From contig CAZMDB010000002.1 of NCBI GenBank assembly GCA_964565095.1, forward strand, positions 1-37,156: DNA of 37,156 nucleotides, written 5' to 3'. Each line of letters begins with the position of its first letter. Position 1 is the stretch's first letter. The translations under genes and the position numbers were made by a program. Positions 24,620-33,007 of the stretch are shown here, in pieces. Under the pieces are notes generated by a model. The model was not told the DNA's origin. It searched no databases and saw only the letters and a program-made list of their open reading frames with translations. This DNA comes from an uncultured Methanosarcinales archaeon. GTDB taxonomy: Archaea > Nanobdellota > Nanobdellia > Woesearchaeales > DATGWN01.

Positions 24620-27600
24620 CTACTCACATACCATCCTGCCACAGTCCCCTTCCACGATGAACTCACGATGCTTGATCCGGATCACATCATCAGACCAGAT
24701 GGATACACGAGCCAAATAGATGCCTGGCTGTATATCATACATATCCCATATCGGTATCACAGATGTCTCGCTCTCCCCTTCATCGAGATCGAATGGACCT
24801 GCGCTTCCGCGGACAGCCAGTTCAGGCACGAATATGTTGATCTTGACATTGTCAAGGTCCGTCTCGCCTTTATTACGTAGCGAGATGTACATCACTTTCT
24901 CCTGTCCGTTGGCGCCACTTGGTCCGTCGACCAGCCTGATATTGGAGATGAACATATATTTCTCAGGCAATGGATCCTCGTGCTCATGGCGTCGCCCCTC
25001 CTGACAGGCGGGATCCTCCATATCCACAAGGCCATCACCATCATTGTCGATGCCATCATAGCATTCAGGAGTCTTCGGGTTATATTCTGAATAATCCTGC
25101 GGGTCCTCGCAACCCGGGTCCTCCATATCTATCAGGCCATCACCATCATTGTCGATGCCATCCTGGCATGCGCTGGTAGCACGATCTTCATCGTCCAGGT
25201 CGGGATCATAGGTGTCCGGATCTTCGGTATCGACCCAGCAGCCAGGATCTTCAGCATCAGTCAGACCATCATTATCGTTGTCCACGCCGTCCGAACACTC
25301 TGTGACCTCAGGGTACACAGAGAAAGTGAACTCAAACACATTGTTCTGCTCATTGGACTCAGCATAGATGTCTTCTTGATCGATCACGATCCGGAGCGTA
25401 TATGTACCTTCCGGGAGCATACCCAGAGTAATCCCCCAGTCATGTTCCTCGTCCGGAAATGGGAGCTCATCCACATCGACATCCATACCATTGAGGGTTA
25501 CCTCGACAGGGATCATCAGCGGGATCGAGATATCAGGCACCTTATGCGTCACAAAGCGCACCTCTGCCGTTTCATTAGCCTGGATAGGCGCGTCAGGCAG
25601 ATAGCCCCCGTCGATAAAAAGGTCGAAAGTGCCAGCGTCGCTATCTTCTGAATAATCCTGCGGGTCCTCGCAACCCGGGTCCTCCATATCTATCAAACCA
25701 TCACCATCATTGTCGATGCCATCCTGGCATGCGCTGGTGGCACGGCCTTCATCGTCCAGGTCGGGATCATAGGTGTCCGGATCTTCGGTATCGACCCAAC
25801 AACCAGGATCTTCAGCATCAGTCAGACCATCATTATCGTTATCCTGATTATCCTGACACTCCGGAATATCTGTGGAGTTGATGGTAAATGTGAAAGTACG
25901 AATGTTATTATTCTCACGGGACTCGTTATAGACGTCCAGCGGATCGACATAGACGGTGAACTCGTGCGTACCTGCAGACAGGACACCCAAATCTATCACC
26001 GTGTCGATATGGCCGTCTAGAACGGGGAATTCGAGTTCCGTATACTCCGACAGGATGGTACCATCCAGCATCAGCCGCACTGGTATCATCGGCACAGTGT
26101 TGTTGACTGCGTGCGTGTGGAAAAATACCTGCGCAGGCGTGCTATCATTGACCGGTGCTCCGACCAGACGATAGTCGTCGGTGAACAGGTCGAAGTAGTT
26201 GGCTTCACTGTCGTCAAGAGGATCCTCGCATCCGGGATCATCAAGGTCGATGGCGCCATCATTATCATTATCGATTCCATCGCTACACTGTGTCTCTCCG
26301 ATAGGACTGTCTATGATGACAGTAAAAGTATCTGATGCGGTGTTTCCCTGGGTGTCTGTGACCCTTACTCCAATTTCTGATGAGGCATCCTGGTCTGTCA
26401 GAACCGTACAGTCTATGAATCTATCTGCATCGATCTGGCAGATGACTGATTGTTCGTCTTCCTGTGAGATTATCTCAAAGGCAAGCTCCTCATCAGTATC
26501 CTCGGCGTCGTCTGCATAATCGAACAGATCAATCACATTATCGTTCTGGCCGGATGCTGCAGGAAGAGTGATATCCGGGATCGCCAGAGTCGGCTGCTCA
26601 CCTGCTACCACTGACACCAGCATGATCTGAGAACTGAATGACGATCCATCGGTCACACTGAACGTGACTGCTGACATACCTGTCTCACCTGGCTGGACCT
26701 CACAGTCCACCATGTTCTGCGAGTCTATGTCGCATGTGACGACATCAGTATTGCTCTGCTGCTCGATGGCAAACTGCAAAGGGTCATTCTCAGCATCGGA
26801 GGCATAATCATCCAGATCGAGGATGTCTTCGTGCAACCCACTGTTCTTGAAGAACTCCTGATCAGGCAGCGCCGTGAAAACTGGCGGCTGAGAGCCTTCG
26901 ACAAAGTATGACTGAGACACTATATCCGTGGTGATATTATCGTACGGACAGTTCGGTGCTGTAGCTGTGACCTGCACGCCGTGTTCACCTTCACGCTCTG
27001 TCACATAATTGAACGTGGTGGTCTGATACTGATCAACCTGCCCGACAGGGACAGCTGCATCATCCGCATGCACTTCTGCGCCCTGATGCGATATGCTCAG
27101 GTGCAGCTGGGCTGCTAGCGGGTGCAGTTCCCCGAATTCATCGTAATAGTTAGCGATGCTTTCAACCGATATGGTCAAAGGATCGTCAATTTTCTGCTTG
27201 ACTGGCAAAGCTGACAGATTGTTCAGAAGCACATAGCAGAATTCTTTTGGTCCCTGATTGATGATGGAAAATTCTTTCTGTGAATACTCAGGAAATTTGG
27301 ATTCGCACTTGCTGTCAAGGACATTAGAGGTCACGCGTGCAGTGTAGCGTCCTGTCTCGGTAGGCGTCCATGTGAACTGGATATACTCATGACTGTCAAA
27401 ATCGATATGAAAGATGCGGGACTCACTATGGACCTGATTTCCCTGCTCATCAAGAATCTCGAGCCGCAATTGCGTCTCTACCTGATAATATGACTCCAGA
27501 AACGATGGCACAATATCCAAAGGACCTGAATGGCTCAATGCGCTACGGGTGTTGGCGTCAAGACTCGTGGAGACATTTATCATGATGGGTTGATTCGGGT

Positions 27601-28063
27601 GTGCATCGTTGATGACACGGAAGGTATCGACAGGTGCGCGGCACCCTTCGACTTTGGAGAGGAATGCATTGAAAGGACCTTGCGGATCGTTGCTGTTGGT
27701 CCCATACCAATTGGCCTTGACTTCCCAGGTCACATATCCTGGTTTATAGAAGATGATACCATATCCGTGGTGATTCTGCAATACAGTGGGATAAGTTAGT
27801 TGTATCCTGTTGTCGGCGCCTGTGGACGTTGGGGAGAAAAGAGTACGTTCGGTGGTTGCACAGTCTGCAGAGGAACACACATAGCCTACTACATTGACGT
27901 CGTTGAGAGGCTCCATGTCGGTGACGCGCGTACCGTCGGCCCGGATGAGTGCTTCATAGGTGTCCTGAAGCACATACCGTTCTGCGTTCACTGCAGAAGC
28001 AGATGTGAGCAATGTGATTATAGCCAGACATGCAAGAATTACCGTGCGTATGTTCGATTTCAT
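24620..28063 (-). CDS. Giant secreted adhesin-like protein (Ig-like, cadherin-like and CARDB modules, six Cys-bounded D-x-D-N-D-x-DG loops)
   Basis: I placed the start at the ATG 28063 (MKSNIRTVILACLAIITLLTSASAVNA, a signal peptide), which has SD GGGGGA. Two cadherin-like modules carry LDLDDYASDAENDPLQF and IDLFDYADDAEDTDEELAF. CARDB-type domain ends read ESRENNNIRTFTFTI and ESNEQNNVFEFTFSV. There are six C-x-DG-x-DND-x-DG-x-x-D-x-x-DP-x-C motifs. Stop is TAG at 24620. Confidence 0.75.
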   Translation of the reverse strand: MKSNIRTVILACLAIITLLTSASAVNAERYVLQDTYEALIRADGTRVTDMEPLNDVNVVGYVCSSADCATTERTLFSPTSTGADNRIQLTYPTVLQNHHGYGIIFYKPGYVTWEVKANWYGTNSNDPQGPFNAFLSKVEGCRAPVDTFRVINDAHPNQPIMINVSTSLDANTRSALSHSGPLDIVPSFLESYYQVETQLRLEILDEQGNQVHSESRIFHIDFDSHEYIQFTWTPTETGRYTARVTSNVLDSKCESKFPEYSQKEFSIINQGPKEFCYVLLNNLSALPVKQKIDDPLTISVESIANYYDEFGELHPLAAQLHLSISHQGAEVHADDAAVPVGQVDQYQTTTFNYVTEREGEHGVQVTATAPNCPYDNITTDIVSQSYFVEGSQPPVFTALPDQEFFKNSGLHEDILDLDDYASDAENDPLQFAIEQQSNTDVVTCDIDSQNMVDCEVQPGETGMSAVTFSVTDGSSFSSQIMLVSVVAGEQPTLAIPDITLPAASGQNDNVIDLFDYADDAEDTDEELAFEIISQEDEQSVICQIDADRFIDCTVLTDQDASSEIGVRVTDTQGNTASDTFTVIIDSPIGETQCSDGIDNDNDGAIDLDDPGCEDPLDDSEANYFDLFTDDYRLVGAPVNDSTPAQVFFHTHAVNNTVPMIPVRLMLDGTILSEYTELEFPVLDGHIDTVIDLGVLSAGTHEFTVYVDPLDVYNESRENNNIRTFTFTINSTDIPECQDNQDNDNDGLTDAEDPGCWVDTEDPDTYDPDLDDEGRATSACQDGIDNDGDGLIDMEDPGCEDPQDYSEDSDAGTFDLFIDGGYLPDAPIQANETAEVRFVTHKVPDISIPLMIPVEVTLNGMDVDVDELPFPDEEHDWGITLGMLPEGTYTLRIVIDQEDIYAESNEQNNVFEFTFSVYPEVTECSDGVDNDNDGLTDAEDPGCWVDTEDPDTYDPDLDDEDRATSACQDGIDNDGDGLIDMEDPGCEDPQDYSEYNPKTPECYDGIDNDGDGLVDMEDPACQEGRRHEHEDPLPEKYMFISNIRLVDGPSGANGQEKVMYISLRNKGETDLDNVKINIFVPELAVRGSAGPFDLDEGESETSVIPIWDMYDIQPGIYLARVSIWSDDVIRIKHREFIVEGDCGRMVCE
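25085..25279. repeat. 195-bp intragenic direct repeat, copy A
   Basis: Near-identical to 25646-25840, with about 7 mismatches and no indels by eye. The offset is exactly 561 bp (187 codons). It encodes DNDNDGLTDAEDPGCWVDTEDPDTYDPDLDDE-x-RATSACQDGIDNDGDGLIDMEDPGCEDPQDYSE. Confidence 0.85.
25646..25840. repeat. 195-bp intragenic direct repeat, copy B
   Basis: Partner of 25085-25279, in the same frame and orientation. Confidence 0.85.
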
Positions 28064-28387
28064 GATTGTCCCCCTTATCCACGCCGAACCAGCGCCATGG
28101 AACGCAGATGTTCCCAAGGTATTTTAGGTTGACGCATTGCTGACGCGAATTGATACTACTATAGAGGACTAATATTTAAATGTTGTCGTTCTTTTTGAGT
28201 GGTATCATTTTCTATACTTGTTTTTTACTACTTTCCGCAACAATCAATGGGCAAAAAGCACTAAGAGTGTGAACATAGCAACAGGATTAGCAATGGGGAT
28301 GAATAGAATAGCAACATACTACAAATCGCAGTATAATACAATATGCCACTCTTATTACAACAAACTCATCCGACCAGAACCATCTGT

Positions 28388-29635
28388 TCAGAATAGCGAC
28401 TTCCACGAGGCTGCCAGTACGCGCGGGAGGAATGCCAGCATGCCCGGGTTGGCACGCACCATCCTTAACACTAGCAAAGAGATGCGGTCGCGACTGACCT
28501 GAGCTAGGATCCGGCGGGTAGCTGTGGTAGACAGGATAGAGGATAACTTATGATAATCCTCTTCTCGGAAACTGTCTAGGGTGCGCCTGGCTATCAGATG
28601 ATAGAGCAGTGAACGGTTATGGACCTGCAACAGGCTATTACTATAGGTCGCGCCTGTTCCTTTCACTCCTTCCGTTCCTGCCGTTCCTGCAGATCCTGCA
28701 GATCCTGCAATGATTCTGTCGATTGCTGCAGCCAGATCTGTGGCTGCACGAAGTCCCGGAACAATACCGCCTCCTGTAGTAGCTTTGACCTGACCTGCTG
28801 CATCTCCTATAAGAAAAATACTCATGTGCTTGTCTTGGGCCATCACTTTTGCATGAGGGTCATAGAGAGGTATTCTTCCTGCCTGGTAGCATGAGGACGG
28901 GAGGCTTTTCTGATCGCCTTCCAGCACATGCTTGAGGAAACGTTTATGGATACGCTTGGCGCCGTTGCTCGATGCGCAACCTATTCTCAAAATTCTTTTG
29001 TTCTCCGGAACAATCCAGCCGAAGAATCCGGGAAACATATCACCGAAGAATACTTCGTAGGTATCCGATCTGATCCTGTCCCTATATTTCTGCCTCAGTA
29101 ACTTCACATCCACACGAACCTGGATGCCTGTCAGGCATGTTGCTGCGTTTTGCGGGAAATGCTGCTGACGCACCTTGCTGCCGGGACCGTCGGCCCCTAT
29201 CAGGATGCGGCAGCGCCTCCGGCATGTCTTACCAGTGAATTTCTCCTCCCAGGTGACATTGCCTTTGCTAGTACCTGTGTACCGCACTCCTTTGATGATA
29301 CTCGCCCCGGCAGATTCCGCCTGGGCAGCTAGTGACTGGTCGAAGGCTGCCCTGTCGACCACGTATTCTTTTGACGCCAATTCAACGGGCCTATCCTGCC
29401 CCTCGATGTGCAGGCGTATGCCACTGATCGTATTGAGGAGACCTGGCACCGGGTCGAAATATTCCAGGATGTCCTGGGTCAGCAATCCGGTGCATTGTAC
29501 CGGCAGTCCGATGGTATCGTGCTCTTCGAGAACGTACGGAGCATGTCCGCTTCGGGCAAGCAGGTATGCGGTATAGAGTCCGATGGGGCCAGCGCCGATG
29601 ATGCATACCTGTGAGGTGTCATCCTTCTTTCTCAT
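28388..29635 (-). CDS. Geranylgeranyl reductase-family FAD-dependent oxidoreductase
   Basis: Dinucleotide-binding N-terminus VCIIGAGPIGLYTAYLLARSGH. The motifs LIGADGPGSKVR and FLIGDAAGQVKATTGGGIVPG are typical of the GGR family. Its ATG overlaps the wecB stop (ATGA at 29632-29635). Confidence 0.85.
   Translation of the reverse strand: MRKKDDTSQVCIIGAGPIGLYTAYLLARSGHAPYVLEEHDTIGLPVQCTGLLTQDILEYFDPVPGLLNTISGIRLHIEGQDRPVELASKEYVVDRAAFDQSLAAQAESAGASIIKGVRYTGTSKGNVTWEEKFTGKTCRRRCRILIGADGPGSKVRQQHFPQNAATCLTGIQVRVDVKLLRQKYRDRIRSDTYEVFFGDMFPGFFGWIVPENKRILRIGCASSNGAKRIHKRFLKHVLEGDQKSLPSSCYQAGRIPLYDPHAKVMAQDKHMSIFLIGDAAGQVKATTGGGIVPGLRAATDLAAAIDRIIAGSAGSAGTAGTEGVKGTGATYSNSLLQVHNRSLLYHLIARRTLDSFREEDYHKLSSILSTTATRRILAQVSRDRISLLVLRMVRANPGMLAFLPRVLAASWKSLF
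28674..28709. repeat. In-frame 9-bp microsatellite (4 units) inside the GGR gene
   Basis: Plus strand reads GTTCCTGCC GTTCCTGCA GATCCTGCA GATCCTGCA. It encodes AGSAGSAGTAGT within the insert IIAGSAGSAGTAGTEGVKGTG. Confidence 0.85.
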
Positions 29636-30726
29636 TGATCATGCTCCAAATAATCCCTCACGATATCGACAATCCGTTTGCCAGCGTCCGGGCTGCCAAA
29701 GAAGGGATAGAATTCTCCTTTGCTACGAAAGGATCCAATGGCTTCAGTTATCCTCTCGACTTGTGCTCCAGTTAGCGCAATTTCTCCTGACTCCACACCT
29801 TCGTGGAACTCGATATTGTCTCGGACCACGATACAGGTCTTTTTCAAGAAGTACGCCTCCCGCAGTACCCCGCCCGAATCCGTGACGATCTTTTTGGCAT
29901 TCTTTATGAGCAGGAGGTTTGTCACATATCCTACCGGCTCTGTGAAATGGATGTTCTGTCCAGCATATGCATCCCAAAGACCGAAGTCCTGAAGTCGCTT
30001 TCTCGTACGCGGATGCAAAGGAAGGATGATTTTTTCCCCCGATTGCAGCAGCCCATCGAATATGGACTTCAACCGCTGCTTGTCTTCCACATTATTCTGC
30101 CGATGTATCGTGCAAAGCAGATAATTGCCCGGGCTGACACCCATGGTTTCCAGCACCTTCTGCTCCTTGTCCGGGGAGACGCTGCTAAAATGCAAAGCCG
30201 CATCATACATGATATCTCCGGTGACATGCACGCCTGTTGTCAGGCCTTCGTGCTTGAGTTGTTCAGCGTTGCTCTTGGTGCAGCAGAACAACAGCGTTGA
30301 GACTTTATCAGCAAGAATCCTGTTGACCTCTTCTGGCATACTCATATCGTTACTGCGAAATCCTGCTTCCACATGCGCGACAGGAATCTGATTGTATGCG
30401 CCAACAAGAGCACCAGCAAGAGTAGAGTTTGTGTCTCCGAATATCACTATCATATCCGGTTCTACCTGATGTACAATCTCCTCCAATTTCTGCACCATGC
30501 GGGAAACCTGGCTTGCGCAACTGCCACCATTGACACTCAAGTTGTAATCCGGTTCTGCTATTCCTAATTCTCCGAAAAAATCACCTGACATGTTGGCATC
30601 GTAATGCTGACCCGTGTGGACCATCACTTCTGCGTATTCTGTCGTTTCCAAAAGCTCTCTATGAAAGATAGCCTCTTTCATGAACTGTGGACGAGCACCG
30701 ATAACTGTGAGTATTTTTTTTGTCAT
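29632..30726 (-). CDS. wecB: UDP-N-acetylglucosamine 2-epimerase (non-hydrolysing)
   Basis: Contains KILTVIGARPQFMK, HTGQHYDANMSGDFF, IVIFGDTNSTLAGAL, VAHVEAGFRSNDMSMPEEVNR and HPRT. These are the hallmark epimerase_2 motifs. ATGA overlaps occur at both ends. Confidence 0.9.
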   Translation of the reverse strand: MTKKILTVIGARPQFMKEAIFHRELLETTEYAEVMVHTGQHYDANMSGDFFGELGIAEPDYNLSVNGGSCASQVSRMVQKLEEIVHQVEPDMIVIFGDTNSTLAGALVGAYNQIPVAHVEAGFRSNDMSMPEEVNRILADKVSTLLFCCTKSNAEQLKHEGLTTGVHVTGDIMYDAALHFSSVSPDKEQKVLETMGVSPGNYLLCTIHRQNNVEDKQRLKSIFDGLLQSGEKIILPLHPRTRKRLQDFGLWDAYAGQNIHFTEPVGYVTNLLLIKNAKKIVTDSGGVLREAYFLKKTCIVVRDNIEFHEGVESGEIALTGAQVERITEAIGSFRSKGEFYPFFGSPDAGKRIVDIVRDYLEHDQ

Positions 30727-31907
30727 TCTACATCCCGTACTACTTGTATCAATCGGCCTCTGACCTTTTCCTCTTTATACTTTTTATGGAAAAGCGATAC
30801 CGCTGCCTCTGCTTTCTTATCTATATCAGTGGGATCCATATCATATGTATCCCCTTGCAGAAACCATCCACACTTATGCTTCTGGATGATTTTTTTGAGT
30901 TCCAATGACGTGTTCGCAATCACCGGTTTCCCGTGGGCAATGTACTCAAAGAATTTGGAGGGCAAGGCTTTCCTGAACAAGGGACTTTCTTCATCCAGCG
31001 TGATCAGCCCGATATCCGCTTTTCTGATCATTTCATCACAATACTCTTTACTCCTATACCCATGCATGCGCACATAGTGCATATCCCGTTTCTTTATGAC
31101 CACCTCTACATCCCTGCGTCCCTGTCCATCACCGATGATGTCAATCCTATATTTTCTGCGACTTGCCGCCTTTCTATCAAATTTTTCCAAGAATACATCC
31201 AAGGCCTGCGCACGAGTGATAATCCCGGTGAACACGATCCTGAGCGGAGAATGGGATCGAATTCCTGTGCGCAGTTGCTTATCTTGGGGATCCTTAGCGA
31301 AATTGGTAACAATACTGACGTGTTTCTTGTGATATTCTTTCTTGATATGCTCACACAGAGTCTCCGAAATGGTTATCACATGATCGGCTTTGCGTATCAT
31401 GTACCGATTGATGCACTCAAGAGTACGGAACAGAAGGCCATTCCTGTTCATCATCCTGAGCTCTGCTGCTGATTCGGGCCACAGATCACGGATATCGAGC
31501 ATGATTTTCTTGCGAAACAAGCGTGCCAGAGCGAATGCGATAATAGCCTGAGGAAACGGAGGTGAAGATATCAAGACCATACCATACCGGGCAATCCTTG
31601 GAGCCGCCAGAAAAAGCGAAAGCGCAAAAGAAGAGTAGTTGATGATCGGTTTGATCCCTCCATCGATAGGAAGCGGGATCTCAGGATACCTATACACCCT
31701 GATCCCATCGAGACACTCTCTTTTGAAAAAAGGGGTGTAACCGTCTTTTAGCTTCCCATCGGGGTAATTCGGCTGGCCTGTTATGACTGCAACTTCGTAG
31801 TTGTCTGAGAGCCACCTTGCAAAAGCATGAAGTCTTTTTGCGGGAGGGTTCTTGAGGGGATGGAAATACTGACTGACTAGTGCTATGCTCCGTTTCTGTT
31901 TACGCAT
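30723..31907 (-). CDS. GT4-family glycosyltransferase (WbuB/WcaI-like)
   Basis: Contains IALVSQYFHPLKNPPAKRLHAFARWL...ITGQPNYPDGKL, a WcaI/WbuB-like N-terminus, and the E-x7-E-type region LPSKFFEYIAHGKPVIA. I preferred the ATG at 31907 to the track's GTG at 31916. Confidence 0.8.
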   Translation of the reverse strand: MRKQKRSIALVSQYFHPLKNPPAKRLHAFARWLSDNYEVAVITGQPNYPDGKLKDGYTPFFKRECLDGIRVYRYPEIPLPIDGGIKPIINYSSFALSLFLAAPRIARYGMVLISSPPFPQAIIAFALARLFRKKIMLDIRDLWPESAAELRMMNRNGLLFRTLECINRYMIRKADHVITISETLCEHIKKEYHKKHVSIVTNFAKDPQDKQLRTGIRSHSPLRIVFTGIITRAQALDVFLEKFDRKAASRRKYRIDIIGDGQGRRDVEVVIKKRDMHYVRMHGYRSKEYCDEMIRKADIGLITLDEESPLFRKALPSKFFEYIAHGKPVIANTSLELKKIIQKHKCGWFLQGDTYDMDPTDIDKKAEAAVSLFHKKYKEEKVRGRLIQVVRDVE

Positions 31908-31925
31908 TGGTTCCACTTCTGAGCA

Positions 31926-32267
31926 TCATTTCTTCTTACGCATCCGCTGATTCTGATAGGCTATCTGACGCGTCAGTTTTGTGATGTCAGACTGCAGGAG
32001 TTGTATTTTTATGTAAAGGCGATAGACCAGATACAGAGATAACCCAAGCACGGTGTATACCACAAAATCCGCAAGCCTTCCTATACCTAATACACGGGAG
32101 AGTACACTGAAGGTTCCAGGGAATATGCTGATTGCAAAAAGCCCCAGCCATGTAGCAGTCCAGAAGAGGAACTGAGAGAGACCGATGTGAGTGGCCCGGA
32201 ACTGGATAATGGCGCGACTGATCGCGAATATGACAAATACCCCTATTAACAATTGTATCGGATCCAT
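31926..32267 (-). CDS. DUF2304-family small membrane protein (GT2 partner)
   Basis: Four hydrophobic segments plus a C-terminal amphipathic helix (LLQSDITKLTRQIAYQNQ), matching the DUF2304 layout. It lies immediately downstream of a GT2 gene, which is typical for this family. The start could instead be GTG 32276, which overlaps the GT2 stop. Confidence 0.65.
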   Translation of the reverse strand: MDPIQLLIGVFVIFAISRAIIQFRATHIGLSQFLFWTATWLGLFAISIFPGTFSVLSRVLGIGRLADFVVYTVLGLSLYLVYRLYIKIQLLQSDITKLTRQIAYQNQRMRKKK

Positions 32268-32272
32268 TTCAT

Positions 32273-32953
32273 TCACCTGGTAAGCTTATGCATTATCATC
32301 TCTCGCAGCACCCTGAAGGCCTGCCCGATTCCTCCATGCCCTTTCCTCAAGGTTTCATCTGTATAACGGATGATCACGGGAACCTCTTTGTATCTGAGCC
32401 TATTGCGCTTAATCTCTTCGATAATCTCCGAGGCATGCTCCATACGATCTGACCTGATATCTATCTCCTGCGCAGCTTTTCTCGAGAAGCAACGGAAACC
32501 GTTATGAGCATCTGTAAGAAAGAGGCCGTAGAAAAGTCCTTGCACCAAGACTCCAACTTTAAGGGTCAGATATCTTGTCAATGGCATGCTTGTGCCTTTC
32601 TTGAGAAAACGTGATCCGAGTGTCACGTCATATTCTCCACTCTTAACCGGTTCTAATATGGCAGGAATATCCTCAACTCTGTGTTGTCCATCAGCATCAA
32701 ACGTGATTATGTATTCTGCCCCTTGCGAAAGAGCAAAATCTATTCCGGTCTTGAGGGCAGCACCCTGTCCTCGATTGATTATATGACGTAGTGCGTAGAC
32801 TGGTTGTGATGAGATTACAAAGAATGTGTCATCTTTTGATCCATCGTCAGTAATAACTATGTTTGTATAGCCCACTTTGCACAGTGCATCAATGACCTTG
32901 AGTATCGATGACGATTCATTGTAGGCGGCAATGACTATGTACAACTTTCGCAT
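32273..32953 (-). CDS. GT2-family glycosyltransferase (polyprenyl-phosphate sugar synthase-like)
   Basis: Contains LYIVIAAYNESSSI, VITDDGSKDDT, ITFDADGQH (the DxD) and YDVTLGSRF. 226 aa with no TM segment. Confidence 0.85.
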   Translation of the reverse strand: MRKLYIVIAAYNESSSILKVIDALCKVGYTNIVITDDGSKDDTFFVISSQPVYALRHIINRGQGAALKTGIDFALSQGAEYIITFDADGQHRVEDIPAILEPVKSGEYDVTLGSRFLKKGTSMPLTRYLTLKVGVLVQGLFYGLFLTDAHNGFRCFSRKAAQEIDIRSDRMEHASEIIEEIKRNRLRYKEVPVIIRYTDETLRKGHGGIGQAFRVLREMIMHKLTR

Positions 32954-33007
32954 TTGAAAGGGAAAAACGACTACTGCTTTTTTAATATTGTGAAAAAACG
33001 AACCACT

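Noticed and set aside
25085-25840. Could the near-identical 195-bp repeat pair be a diversity-generating retroelement template/variable repeat pair?
   Set aside because: There is no reverse transcriptase ORF anywhere in the window. Both copies are in-frame modules of the same CDS. The roughly 7 mismatches are mixed transitions in both directions, not adenine-specific substitutions confined to one copy.
28118-28387. AT-rich 270-bp intergenic region as a possible tRNA or other ncRNA gene, and the 94-aa plus-strand ORF at 28218..28502
   Set aside because: I could find no cloverleaf-compatible stems or conserved tRNA boxes. The region holds a TATA-like box (28171-28182) and a T-run, consistent with terminator and promoter functions. 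The 94-aa ORF is low-complexity and overlaps the GGR 3-prime end antisense.
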